DNA from: an uncultured Bacteroidota bacterium | GTDB taxonomy: Bacteria; Bacteroidota; Ignavibacteria; UBA10030; UBA6906 | DNA: 64,000 nt | Assembly: GCA_963700635.1 (NCBI GenBank) | Contig: CAVOYH010000004.1 | Coordinates: 544,001-608,000, forward strand | Reading direction: 5' to 3' | Shown here: piece after piece, positions 53,165-62,703 of the stretch | Position numbering within the stretch: position 1 is the stretch's first letter | How the letters are laid out: each line of letters opens with the position of its first letter | Made by a program: the position numbers and the translations under genes | The notes under the pieces: model-generated | Database searches by the model: none | What the model saw: the letters and a program-made list of their open reading frames with translations, nothing else | What the model was told of the DNA's origin: nothing

Positions 53165-54677
53165 CTACCGCGCCGGGGGGTCGGATTCCTCGCGGGACAG
53201 CACGTATCCCCGCAATTCTGGCTCACGCTCGCGCACAAGAGAGACCGCTGTTGCGCGGGCGACGTTCCAGGTGCGGATATCCTCTCCATGCGCCGTGTTT
53301 GCATACTGCTGCAAAAGTCTCTCGGCCAGGGCACTCCGATGTATCGCCTCCATAGTCGGGAGGGCATCGAGAAATACCGGCACCGCGTCCGCGCTCAGTC
53401 TGAAGGTGTACTGCGGATCGAACTTCCCGTCGGCGACCATTCGAGTCATGTTCACGCGGGCAACGAGCGCATCGGGGTTCACAGCGTTCATCCCCAGGAG
53501 AATCATGTATCCTGAAAGTGCAATAGCAAAGGGAAGCAGGTTTCGCTTACCCCGGAGAACTGTTGCGCAGAAAAGGAGAAGGGTCAGCGCGATCCAGATG
53601 AGGATCGCAGCGGCATGAACACGCGAAGTCGTCAGCCCGTAGGCGTCCATGTAGAGAGAGAGTCTGTGCATCGCCGAGACGAGCATCACGCCGAGGAGGG
53701 CTACCATCACGATCGAGAGAGCACGAATAAGCCGGCGGTCTCGTGCATGCTCGCCATGGAAGAGCCAGTCGGCAGTTACGAGAAGGGGAAGGCTTAGGGC
53801 TGCAACGGTGATCAGTTGAAAGAAACCGCGGCGGGCATACTCCGCATAGGTAAGCGCCGGCGTGCCCAGGACCGTGTCGTGGCCTCCGAAGAAGTAGGAG
53901 ATCTGGAGCACGACGAACGTTCCGAACAGCACATTCAGCGATCCGAGGACAATGGTGATCTCCGTTGCCCCGAGTGTGATCCGACGGGGGAAGAGAGTAG
54001 CGGGCAACACGGATTCCGTGGCAAAGAATCGACCGCGCAACCAACCACCGATGATCCAGCTAAGAAAGGCGATAAGAGCGGCGTGGCCCAGAAGCGTCAT
54101 GATATTGATCCTGAGGACCTCAGTGATCAGATATTCAAATTTCGCGTCGGCAGCCGTAAGCAGCGATCCGAACACCAGCAGGGCCGGAACGGCCAGTGCG
54201 ATCCCGAGCCACACGCGACCCCGACGCGTAAGCCGGGCTTCTCCCTCTCCGCGATCCGGCGCGAAGGTCGTGGAGGAGAAGAAAGACGAACCCTATGCCG
54301 GCGTGGATAATCTGATTTAGCAGTTGGTGGAGATGGTCAAAGAATGTCATGCGCAGGAGATCTCCCGGGCGCTTTCGCGCTGTCACCAGGAGTGCGGCAG
54401 TAATCGTCGCCAGGAAGTTGAACGCGGTCAGATCGGGAGAGTCGCGCCACGAAAAGCAGGCAGCACTCAGAAGGCCCAGGCCGGCGATCGGCCAGGCCTC
54501 AATCGGTATGGGGTCATGCAGCCGGTGGCTGAGGAAGCCGATTCCGGCAAAAAGGAGAAACGCAGCCGCGGTGAAGTTGAGGCCCCAGGGCTCAGCTCTG
54601 AAGATGATATCTCCCGTCACTGCCAGAAGGAGCGTGGTAAGGAGCAGGGAACGGGCTGCAGCGGAATGTGGTGCCAT
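53165..54677 (-). CDS. DUF4153/DUF4173 membrane protein (frameshift near 54220-54250)
   Basis: LLTAADAKF, TYAEYARRGFFQL, RLSLYMDAYGLT, LSADAVP. Confidence 0.8.
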
Positions 54678-54707
54678 GGTTTTTTGCCTTTAGTGTTAAA
54701 TGTCAGA

Positions 54708-54726
54708 GTACTTTGTGTCACAAAGG
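54708..54726. promoter_or_regulatory. operator-like inverted repeat, copy 2
   Basis: GTACTTTG-tgtca-CAAAGG upstream of the DUF4153 gene. Confidence 0.65.
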
Positions 54727-54745
54727 TTATGGACAAAAAAAGAGA

Positions 54746-55045
54746 TCACTGCGCGCTCCGGATCACTTTCTCCAGCCCCTTCAGGTGGTCCTGGAACGCC
54801 CTGCGGCCGGCCTCGGTGACCAGGTACGAAGTCTGGGGCTTCCGGTTAACAAACTCCTTTTTCACCTTCACGTAACGGTGCTCCTCCAGGACCTTGAGAT
54901 GGCTGGCGAGATTTCCGTCGGTGGCGCCGAGCACTGACCGGAGTGTTGTGAAATCTTTCGGATCTCCCACGAGGAGGACCGACATGATTCCCAGCCGGAC
55001 CCGGTTCTCGAAGACCGGGTTGAGTTGTGCAATGACGGTGTTCAC
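54746..55045 (-). CDS. winged-helix transcriptional regulator (HTH_34/MarR-like)
   Basis: FENRVRLGIMSVL, TDGNLASHLKVLE, KP.TSY..T..GR.AF; GTG start overlaps the upstream stop. Confidence 0.88.
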   Translation of the reverse strand: MNTVIAQLNPVFENRVRLGIMSVLLVGDPKDFTTLRSVLGATDGNLASHLKVLEEHRYVKVKKEFVNRKPQTSYLVTEAGRRAFQDHLKGLEKVIRSAQ

Positions 55046-55668
55046 TGGCGGTACTTCCGGAAGAAGAGACTCCCGTAGACAATGTGGACCGCGCCGAACC
55101 CCGCGGCCCAGAAGTATAGTCCGAACTCCGGAAAGACCGCGGCAGTAAGGCCGAGGAGAATCTCGATCACTCCCAGCGTCCTCACCTCTCCGAACGTAAA
55201 CGACCCGGCGCTGAAGATCCCAAGCCCGTAGAAGAGGAGCATTGACGGAACAACTGGCCAGAGCGGACCGTGATAGAACAGCAGCAGCGTCATGATAGCA
55301 CCAACCACAATGGGCACTGCGAATGAAAGCACCAGGTGCCGCATCACGGTCCCGTTCACGGCCTCTGCGTTCTTCCGGATGATCCGCCGTGAGAAGAACC
55401 ACGCTATTGCCAGCGCCAGCACGAGCACCACAACGCCAAGCAGTATGAGGTTGATCCGTGTGTCGGGCGTCAGGTCGGCCGCCGTTGCGCTGTGAGTAAG
55501 CGCAACTCCATCCGCAGTGAACATCATCCAGGCTGCCCAGGCGCCCAGCAGGGCGACCAAGCCCGCGCCTATCCCGGCAAATCCGCTTAGGGAGATGAAT
55601 TTTGTGGAGCGCTCCATGATGGAGCGGATCTCGGCAATGTCCCGGAGTCCGGAGTTGACGTCTGTCAT
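55042..55668 (-). CDS. multi-TM membrane protein co-transcribed with the wHTH regulator
   Basis: IAEIRSIMERSTKFISLSG, FYGLG, GFGAVHIVYG. Confidence 0.8.
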   Translation of the reverse strand: MTDVNSGLRDIAEIRSIMERSTKFISLSGFAGIGAGLVALLGAWAAWMMFTADGVALTHSATAADLTPDTRINLILLGVVVLVLALAIAWFFSRRIIRKNAEAVNGTVMRHLVLSFAVPIVVGAIMTLLLFYHGPLWPVVPSMLLFYGLGIFSAGSFTFGEVRTLGVIEILLGLTAAVFPEFGLYFWAAGFGAVHIVYGSLFFRKYRQ

Positions 55669-55682
55669 AGTGTTCCCTTAAA

Positions 55683-55725
55683 GTACTTTGCGCTACAAAG
55701 TACAATGTTGGAAGTTCAAAGTCAA
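55683..55725 (-). promoter_or_regulatory. sigma70-like promoter overlapped by a perfect palindromic operator
   Basis: Minus strand TTGACT-17 bp-TACTTT; palindrome GTACTTTG-cgcta-CAAAGTAC at 55683-55703. Confidence 0.75.
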
Positions 55726-55829
55726 GGAAAATATTGACTCGTTTTCCTCAAGCCTCCGGATTGGTCTGGCGACGAGTGTACTTTCAACCAAAGGAGTGTG
55801 GGCTGTTCGGGCGGGTCATCCGTATTCCC

Positions 55830-56333
55830 TCAATCAGGTACAATCTCCTCGATGATCTCCTCGATAATGGGGTACTTCGGATTGTCATTGAAGCGAACTC
55901 TGTAGAGATGCCCCCTGTGGACTTCGGATTCTATCCTGAGTGATGTGTAGGCATGGTGTTTTGAGACATAGGTCTTCTCCGTTTGCGAATACACCTCAAA
56001 GAACACCTTTGACTTCTGAGATGGGCCTCCATAGCTGGAACCCTTTCGATAGATCCTGACTGTCTCAATTTGGCCCTTCGCCGGGTAGAGACTCGAAGAA
56101 GTGCCGCGTAATCTCGAGCGCCCAACTTTCCCCGATTGGAATCCGCGATCGCGTACTCGCCACTCCATCCTTTGGTTGGTTGTTTCTGCAAAACCGATCT
56201 GTAAGATTGTCTCGGGTTCTTTGTCGCTCGTATCTGGGTATTCAACGATGGCCGCAATCCCGCCGACTCCACCTGGGTTTCGGTATGCAGATCCATCGAT
56301 ATGTATTTTCAGTGCGTACGGATCGTATGCCAT
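55830..56333 (-). pseudogene. RNase HI-like gene with an apparent internal in-frame deletion
   Basis: IDGSAYRNPGG and TTNQRME motifs are present; the TDS and third-Asp segments are absent. Confidence 0.6.
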
Positions 56334-56518
56334 GCGAAACAGATACGGAAAACTTCAGATATCTGTCCGCTTTCTGCGTGGCAGGTATACCCATTCCGGG
56401 TAGACGGGTAAACGACAAGTCAATTCGATGAGCCGGGGCTTGACTATCGCCCACGGTTTTCCTACACTGTCCGCACACACACGCGTCCCCGGAATGGAAG
56501 CGTGATGGAGAAATGTGC

Positions 56519-56556
56519 AAAGGCCCCTTCTGTCTGGAATGACGGGGGGCCTTTCT
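56519..56556. terminator. hairpin/terminator
   Basis: AAGGCCCCTTCTGTC / GACGGGGGGCCTT stem followed by a T-rich tail. Confidence 0.5.
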
Positions 56557-56597
56557 GCTTTATTGATACGCGTTGCGAGCACAGGATGCGTGTGCCA

Positions 56598-56637
56598 TGA
56601 ATCGACCCGTGAAACTCGGCCCAAGATTGCGTAGGCA
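56598..56637. mobile_element. isolated IS3-family-like terminal repeat
   Basis: TGAATCGACCCGTGAAACTCGGCCCAAGATT closely resembles the IS end at 62704. Confidence 0.55.
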
Positions 56638-56781
56638 AAGTTTTCAAAAGGGAAAAATCGAGATCAATATTAGTACACGAACCGGGGGCAGCTCAAAGTC
56701 CACGCTTGGGCTCTCAGATTCACTGGAGAGATCTATCGATACCAAGGAATCTGAACCCATCCAAGGGTCACAGTTGGCGCA

Positions 56782-56906
56782 TTCTAACCCACGTCTGCAC
56801 CTGGCGCCGGGTTGATGCGAGTCGTCACCGTAGTCATTTGTAGGTTCTGGCAGGGCTTCCAATTCGACATTCGTTTCGAGGAGCAGGTAGGGCGCGACCG
56901 TTAGGC
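56782..56906 (+). mobile_element. integron attC site 1
   Basis: R'' TTCTAAC, L'' CACCTGGCGCC, L' GGAGCAGGT, R' GTTAGGC. Confidence 0.7.
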
Positions 56907-56941
56907 AGCAACGCACTGACTCACACCACAAATGAGGTGCC

Positions 56942-57538
56942 GTGATGATTGAATGGTTTGCAGCCCAACCTTGGGTAACAGGCGTCGTCACATTCTTCTT
57001 GATGTGGAGTGATTGGTTGCTTACCATCGGCCAGGAACGCGAGCGTCAACTGCACTATTCCGAGCACTATGAAAGTTATCCGATCAACACCATTGAAGGA
57101 AACCCTCTGTATCAGAAAGCGGTGTTGGCCCGGCGAATCGTCGATCCCAGGCATATTGTTCCGGCGGCAATTCTTAGTGTGGTTGTGGCATTGGGACTGG
57201 TGTGGATCCCGGAGCAGTTTCGTGTGCTGTTGATCGGTTACGTCTGGGGATTATACCTCATCGTGATCACAACTCATTTAGGCAATCTCCTGGGCTATAG
57301 AGCCGCTCGTCGCGGGCTTCACGGCAAGCTCTATCTCCATCTGCGCACCGGGTACATCATTCAGATGGGTCGTTATGTTGCTCTGGCTATCTTCCTGATC
57401 GTGATGGCGATATGCTCGGCCTCCATGTTCATGCTGGGCGTTGCGATAGCGGGAATATCTTCAGCAGCCCGACAGCTGGCGGGGTTGCGAAGGACGCCTG
57501 CGATCGACCCCTCAGATTCAGCCCCCACATCCGCATAA
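56942..57538 (+). CDS. cassette-borne hypothetical membrane protein
   Basis: About 5 TM helices; flanked by GTTAGGCAGCAAC upstream and GTTGTTGCCTAAC downstream. Confidence 0.75.
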   Translation: MMIEWFAAQPWVTGVVTFFLMWSDWLLTIGQERERQLHYSEHYESYPINTIEGNPLYQKAVLARRIVDPRHIVPAAILSVVVALGLVWIPEQFRVLLIGYVWGLYLIVITTHLGNLLGYRAARRGLHGKLYLHLRTGYIIQMGRYVALAIFLIVMAICSASMFMLGVAIAGISSAARQLAGLRRTPAIDPSDSAPTSA

Positions 57539-57649
57539 GAGAATTAATCGGTCGACGGGGTCAGGCTCTGCACACTTCTGCAGTTTCACGGCGGCAACTG
57601 GATGCGCGCACAAAAATGGTGTTCGCCAACCGGCTCACTGAGGGTTGTT

Positions 57650-57680
57650 GCCTAACCCCCGCCTCTACCTGACTCCACGC
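57650..57680 (+). mobile_element. truncated attC site 2 (R'' and L'' only)
   Basis: GCCTAAC...CTACCTGAC, interrupted by the non-coding repeat. Confidence 0.6.
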
Positions 57681-57690
57681 TGAATGAGTA

Positions 57691-58010
57691 AAACAAAATG
57701 CCCCGATGTCTGGGGCATTGTCTTATCACGCCCTCGCCTTTTGAAGCAAAAGTAATATCTGCAATCAAGTCAATCGTGCGATGTGCACGTATCTCTCACG
57801 TGTTCGACACTTCAGGACCCTGAGCAGGTTTTGAAAGAACATGTCACCCGCTCGAATGAAAGCTGCCCACCGAAAACAAAAATGCCCGAATCAAATTGAT
57901 TCAGGCACTTTCTGCGGGGCGGACGGGGGTCTCACAGAACCCTCATGGTGCTGACAATCGTTCATTCCGGGCCGAGATAGGCAGTCAGGGCGAACCCACG
58001 AGGCAGTTGA
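57691..58010. repeat. dispersed non-coding repeat, copy 1 (about 320 bp)
   Basis: Near-identical to 62848-63120 and 60669-60807; two terminator hairpins on the minus strand. Confidence 0.92.
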
Positions 58011-58046
58011 ACCTGAATCCAAAACGATGTACCTTTTCTTCTGACC

Positions 58047-58616
58047 ATGCCATCTCTTTATATCATAGGAGGTCCGAACGGTGCGGGGAAGACAACCCTC
58101 GCAAGGACATTGTTGCCAGAGTATCTTAAAGTGGTGAACTTCGTGAATGCAGATTCCATTGCAGGCGGGCTTTCAGCGTACGATCCAGAATCTGTTGCGA
58201 TCGAAGCAGGGAGGATAATGCTGCGACGCATCCATGAACTCGCGGATTCGAAACAGGACTTCGCGTTTGAGACGACTCTTGCCTCGAAATACTTCATCCA
58301 ATTCGTGCAGGATGTCAAGCGCGATGGATACTCGGTAACGCTCATCTATGTTTGGCTGAAATCGGTGAATTTAGCGCTGCGGCGCATACGCCACCGTGTG
58401 TCCCTCGGCGGACACAACGTTCCCAAGGACGTGGTCCGTCGCCGGTACGAGCGGGGAATTGCGAACCTTCGTTCCAGCTACATTTCCCTTGCGGACGCAT
58501 GGTATGTTTTCGATAATTCAGCTCCAGCACCAGTACTTATAGCAGAACGGCAGTTGAGTAGCGAGCCGGTGGTGTATCAGGATCCAGTCTGGAAGAAGCT
58601 CTGGGAGGGTGTATGA
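58047..58616 (+). CDS. zeta-toxin-like / AAA_33 P-loop protein
   Basis: GGPNGAGKTT, FVNAD, FAFETTL, RV..GGHNVP, VFDNS. Confidence 0.88.
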   Translation: MPSLYIIGGPNGAGKTTLARTLLPEYLKVVNFVNADSIAGGLSAYDPESVAIEAGRIMLRRIHELADSKQDFAFETTLASKYFIQFVQDVKRDGYSVTLIYVWLKSVNLALRRIRHRVSLGGHNVPKDVVRRRYERGIANLRSSYISLADAWYVFDNSAPAPVLIAERQLSSEPVVYQDPVWKKLWEGV

Positions 58617-58792
58617 CAAAGCAGCAACGCAAGATACGGGAGCTCATCATCGAGGGTGTAAAGGAATCTGTCGCAAGGGCTCTGGAGCGTCATAAGAAAT
58701 TGGGTGAATCGGTGGCGGTCTGGAAGGATGGGAAAGTGGTGATGCTCAAACCAAGCCAGATACCTTCCCGGCCGCGCCGTCAATGCAAATAG
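58613..58792 (+). CDS. small partner protein (putative antitoxin) of the zeta-toxin-like ATPase
   Basis: 59 aa MTKQQRKIRELIIEGVKESVARALERHKKLGESVAVWKDGKVV...; ATG overlaps the upstream TGA; not in the ORF track. Confidence 0.75.
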   Translation: MTKQQRKIRELIIEGVKESVARALERHKKLGESVAVWKDGKVVMLKPSQIPSRPRRQCK

Positions 58793-58825
58793 GCGCGTGT
58801 TGCTTCTTGAAGTTAAAGGTGGCAG

Positions 58826-59164
58826 TTGGCTCGATTTCGGGGGCAGGTCAGGGTGGTCACGTTGGATGGGTATGAGGGGCTGTGGGCGTCGCCAACCATA
58901 GTCTTATCAGGCGCCATTGGATGGTACATTCCGATCAGCCAGGCAGTGACGTTTCGTCCAATCCTCGGTCTTGGAGACTTCGGGTTTGGGGGCTTTCCAT
59001 ATGGGCCCATGGCGATATTCACTGTGCACCTCGGGATGTGGGTGGAGGCGCGAGTCTCGGATCGTTTGTCCGTGGCAGGGAAAGTGGGCAAACGATTCGA
59101 CATCACGTATAGAAACTATTCCGATTGGGAGATTGGCGCAGGCATCCGATTGAGCCTTGAGTAA
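58826..59164 (+). pseudogene. 3' fragment of an outer-membrane beta-barrel cassette gene
   Basis: Amphipathic strands ending WEIGAGIRLSLE; no signal peptide; followed by attC. Confidence 0.5.
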
Positions 59165-59183
59165 TCTTCGGGTGTGATGCGCT

Positions 59184-59324
59184 CCCTAACCCGCCTGTGC
59201 CTGACGCTGTGTCTGGGGCACCGGGGTTGGGCACTTCGTCACACGGGGGTTTTCGGTTAGAAGAATACAACAGCGTTTCCAACTCAGCATTCGTTTCGCG
59301 GCGTGGGAAATCGCAACGATAGGG
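59184..59324 (+). mobile_element. integron attC site 3 (R' mutated to GATAGGG)
   Basis: CCCTAAC...GCCTGACGC...CATTCGTTTCGCGGCG...GATAGGGGGCACGC. Confidence 0.7.
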
Positions 59325-59350
59325 GGCACGCCTTAGAGGGGCGCGACAAA

Positions 59351-59914
59351 ATGAGCATACGATCTCGGCTGGTCTGCAGTTTTGTCCTCCTTGTCGGCGG
59401 GACATGCTTCGCGCAGTCCGCGAGGTCGACGGGTTCGGACTCGGTGAAGGTTTATTCTCGTAGCCCGGTCCGATGGGATGTATCGTTTCGAAGCGTCGAT
59501 GTGGATGTCGCGACGTTGATATTCAGCTACTCTGCGTCAGGATCTATCGATGTGGATTTCGTCAACCTCACGAAGGAATCGACTGGCAAGGTGGGCCTTC
59601 GCTTGGGTGCTGAGTGGGTGGGAACCGGCGGTGCGGGCGGCGACCGAAACTTCTACCACGACCTAAATGCACTTCTACGGATTAGCGCAGCTGGGGACCG
59701 GGGCCGCTTCGACATATTGCTTGGAACTTGTGTTCGCGGCCGCGACACGTGGGGATTTGGGCCATCGAATGAACTTGCATCCAAGATAGGAGTAGAGGTT
59801 CGGTTGAACATCGTCAGCAACTATCTCGGCTTGCTAGGGAAGGTGAGCATTTCGGAAAGGTTGACCTTTGTTGGGGTCGGTCTCTTTCTTGGTTATGACT
59901 CGTGGCAGCGATAG
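59351..59914 (+). CDS. cassette-borne secreted, probable small outer-membrane beta-barrel protein
   Basis: Signal peptide; amphipathic strands ending VGVGLFLGY. Confidence 0.7.
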   Translation: MSIRSRLVCSFVLLVGGTCFAQSARSTGSDSVKVYSRSPVRWDVSFRSVDVDVATLIFSYSASGSIDVDFVNLTKESTGKVGLRLGAEWVGTGGAGGDRNFYHDLNALLRISAAGDRGRFDILLGTCVRGRDTWGFGPSNELASKIGVEVRLNIVSNYLGLLGKVSISERLTFVGVGLFLGYDSWQR

Positions 59915-59920
59915 CGTGCC

Positions 59921-60048
59921 CCCTAACCAATGCCTGTGCCTGACGCCGCATCTGGCGCACCGGGGTCGTCACCGAACCATATATAGATGTTGGTATGCCT
60001 GCCATTATGCATTCGTTTCGCGGCGCAGGTAAGGCGCGACAGTGTAGT
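59921..60048 (+). mobile_element. integron attC site 4 (R' degenerate)
   Basis: CCCTAAC; CCTGACGCCGC pairs with GCGGCGCAGG leaving one extrahelical base; ends GTGTAGT. Confidence 0.7.
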
Positions 60049-60071
60049 CTTCGAGAAGGAAACCAGTCACA

Positions 60072-60602
60072 GTGAACCAACGATCATGGTGGGGTCGTCT
60101 CAGAGTAATCAAACTTTGGAGAATCGTTCTTCTTGGGAGTTCTCTGGCGTTCAGTGGTTGTACGACTTACTACCACGTTTCTGAGACCGACGATCACAAG
60201 CCGGGACGTGTTAGTCTAGAAGAGTTTGCAGAGGAAAGTAGGGGGCGTCACGTTGAAATGGAATTGTCGGACGGTTCCCTACACTATGGAGTCAATTTGG
60301 AAGTTACAACGGGACACACTCAATGGCGCGATTCGCTGACTGGGGCGGTGAGGCGTATTGCAAATGACAGTGTGAAAATTGTTTCATGGAAGAGCTGGTC
60401 GCGAGGTATGATCGACGGTCTGTTGCTGGGTGTTTCTGGAGGATTCCTTTCAATGCTCAGTTTCGTGGGCGCTCCCCCCTATGCATTAATTGCTTGGCCA
60501 TATGTTCTGACGGGAGTCCCAGCAATTGGAGCGGTCATTGGTGCGTGTGTTGCCCACACGTATCGCTACCGTATCGGGTCGCAGGCGGCCTCAAAGAAGT
60601 GA
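60072..60602 (+). CDS. hypothetical lipoprotein with glycine-rich C-terminal hydrophobic hairpin
   Basis: Lipobox LAFSG-C; beta domain; G-rich hydrophobic helices. Confidence 0.7.
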   Translation: MNQRSWWGRLRVIKLWRIVLLGSSLAFSGCTTYYHVSETDDHKPGRVSLEEFAEESRGRHVEMELSDGSLHYGVNLEVTTGHTQWRDSLTGAVRRIANDSVKIVSWKSWSRGMIDGLLLGVSGGFLSMLSFVGAPPYALIAWPYVLTGVPAIGAVIGACVAHTYRYRIGSQAASKK

Positions 60603-60668
60603 GCAAAGAGGACCAAGCACCATCATGGATGATCCGGGCAGCGGCCGCACATGATGCCACACTTATGG

Positions 60669-60807
60669 GAAAACAAAAATGCCCGAATCAAATTGACTCA
60701 GGCACTTTCTGCGGGGCGGACGGGGGTCTCACAGAACCCTCATGGTGCTGACAATCGTTCATTCCGGGCCGAGATAGGCAGTCAGGGCGAACCCACGAGG
60801 CAGTTGA
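60669..60807. repeat. dispersed non-coding repeat, copy 2 (right 139 bp)
   Basis: Nearly identical to 57872-58010. Confidence 0.92.
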
Positions 60808-60928
60808 GGAAATTCAGGGGGATATGACGCCCCGTGGGTGGGGAAAGGCAAATGTTTTACGAGTCTGTGACACAAAAGCCCGCTTACGTGAGTATCTTCC
60901 CCACAGAGAAATGGGAAAGGGGCATGAA

Positions 60929-61612
60929 ATGAAAGCGTATATCCTCTGGTGTTTACTTGGTGCGACAATGCTCTCCGGCTGCTTCTGGGGCCACATTGAG
61001 AGATCTCAGACTCTGACCAAAGAAAATGCCACGTCTCTTGTGGGGAAAGAGGCAACGGTCATGCTGACAGACTCTGTCGAGCACGAGGCCAGCATTCTTG
61101 AGATCACCACCGACTCCGTTGTGCTCAATGTCGCGGACTCCAACCTGCACATTCCCCTGACAAACATCGAATCCATTCTCATTCAAGGTTCAACTCTAGG
61201 CCGGGCCGGTGGAGCCTTCGTCGGTAGTATGGCAGTATATGTAGTGGGCTTCGCGAACATGAGTTCATCAAACATGTTTTCGACCCATACGCATAGGACC
61301 GAGGATTGGGTCTGGATTACCGCTATACTCCTCGCAACGAATGGCGGAGCCCTCATTGGTGAGTACGCCGTAACCCCTAACTGGAGATACATCGTTTCTC
61401 CAATGAAATCAGGAGGGCTTCCTGAAATCAAAAAGTGGGGCGGAACAGATCCCCGCTACGTGCTGGAGGTCGAGAAATTCCCTACGGAAACCGATTCGAC
61501 CGTAACCATTCCCTGGCAGGGGAAGGAGGTGACACTGCCGAAGGCGGAGATCACCATTGAGAAGCATGAGGGGGGATTCCGAATCACGGTACCGATGCGA
61601 CTGTTGCAGTAG
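60929..61612 (+). CDS. hypothetical lipoprotein
   Basis: Lipobox MLSG-C; Sm-like beta domain (ATVMLTD...IPLTNIESI); G-rich hydrophobic helices. Confidence 0.7.
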   Translation: MKAYILWCLLGATMLSGCFWGHIERSQTLTKENATSLVGKEATVMLTDSVEHEASILEITTDSVVLNVADSNLHIPLTNIESILIQGSTLGRAGGAFVGSMAVYVVGFANMSSSNMFSTHTHRTEDWVWITAILLATNGGALIGEYAVTPNWRYIVSPMKSGGLPEIKKWGGTDPRYVLEVEKFPTETDSTVTIPWQGKEVTLPKAEITIEKHEGGFRITVPMRLLQ

Positions 61613-61717
61613 AATGATCGGCTATGGTATAGTCCACCGAATGTGAGGCGGATACCCCTGGGAGGCGATGTACCGATCTCATTTTGAGCTGTCCCAAAGA
61701 TGAGATAGGCGTCGTCC

Positions 61718-62449
61718 TCAAAACTTTCCTCCTATTCTGAAGCCCCCCGGTCCGAAGCCCATGCCAGATCTGAAGATGATGAGACTGACGACATCTGCGA
61801 CAGCGCCGACAATCAAACCGGTTACAATACCTGCGTGCGATGGTTCCCTAAGGATCCCGCTGATTTCATGAGTTGGGATCCAGAGAGTGTCCCGAGGATG
61901 GAGTAGTCCGAGCTGCGAAAGGAAGGGAACGCGATTGCTATCGATCATTCCGACCAGTGTGGCGGTCGCAATGGCGTGACCGTCGTCGCTCACTATGGAG
62001 TCTAATGAGGAGAGGGGAAAATCCGGGCGATATCGGGGTTTCACCGGCAGCAAACGTACAATTCCCGGATCGAATCCCAAGACCTTTGCCTCGAATCTGT
62101 ACTGATGGTACCCGAAGCGTTCATCTTTCTCATGAGTGACGATTGTCGCGTGTTCTCCTGGTGAAGGAAGGACATCGCCCAGAGGAGTGCCTGAGACTTT
62201 TTCGCGAAAGAGAGTGTCGTACCTCCGGTCTTCTTGGAATCCAGCCAGCTCTCCCTTGAGAGTGTCTTTGTGAATGGTGACCAGAGTGATGGGAGTTCCT
62301 TGCGTGAGATCATCCAGCCGTTTGACGGGGGTGAGCTCTTCCGAGGCACGGTTATCATTTTCGGCACCGACGAGGGCTCCGATAACGGTGCAACCCGACA
62401 GAGGAAGTGCAAAGATTAGAATGAGAAGCGTTGATGGGATCGTTTTCAT
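61718..62449 (-). CDS. hypothetical lipoprotein
   Basis: RBS AGGAG; lipobox LPLSG-C; C-terminal GIVTGLIVGAVAD hydrophobic helix. Confidence 0.75.
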   Translation of the reverse strand: MKTIPSTLLILIFALPLSGCTVIGALVGAENDNRASEELTPVKRLDDLTQGTPITLVTIHKDTLKGELAGFQEDRRYDTLFREKVSGTPLGDVLPSPGEHATIVTHEKDERFGYHQYRFEAKVLGFDPGIVRLLPVKPRYRPDFPLSSLDSIVSDDGHAIATATLVGMIDSNRVPFLSQLGLLHPRDTLWIPTHEISGILREPSHAGIVTGLIVGAVADVVSLIIFRSGMGFGPGGFRIGGKF

Positions 62450-62703
62450 GGTGGCTCCTGTGAGAGATTCTGGTAGAAAGGTATCGAACGCTGTAGGGCG
62501 AAGTGTCATCGAATTGTAAAAACACGTGGCTTCCCTATGACATGGAAGTGGCCCGAAGTGGGAAGATGCATTTTGGGTTCCCACCAGATAGGGAAAAGAA
62601 ATGACCAAAGCCGAGGATACACCTCAGGAGGGACATGAGCTATTTCCTGCGTCTATTGAGACGGATCATCCTCCGCTTCGTTGTTCTTACCCTGTTGGCA
62701 GAG

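Noticed and set aside
54746-55705. 319-aa ORF from the track
   Set aside because: Only the last 99 codons encode the wHTH regulator; the remainder overlaps the real membrane-protein gene in another frame.
57913-57975. Intact tRNA-Asp gene within the repeat
   Set aside because: Only the 3' end is tRNA-like. There is no proper D-arm, the acceptor stem would have mismatches and the T-loop has an insertion.
62480-62505. Possible minus-strand attC R' (GTTCGAT) before the 62449 lipoprotein gene
   Set aside because: No matching R'' or L boxes were found, so it was not called.
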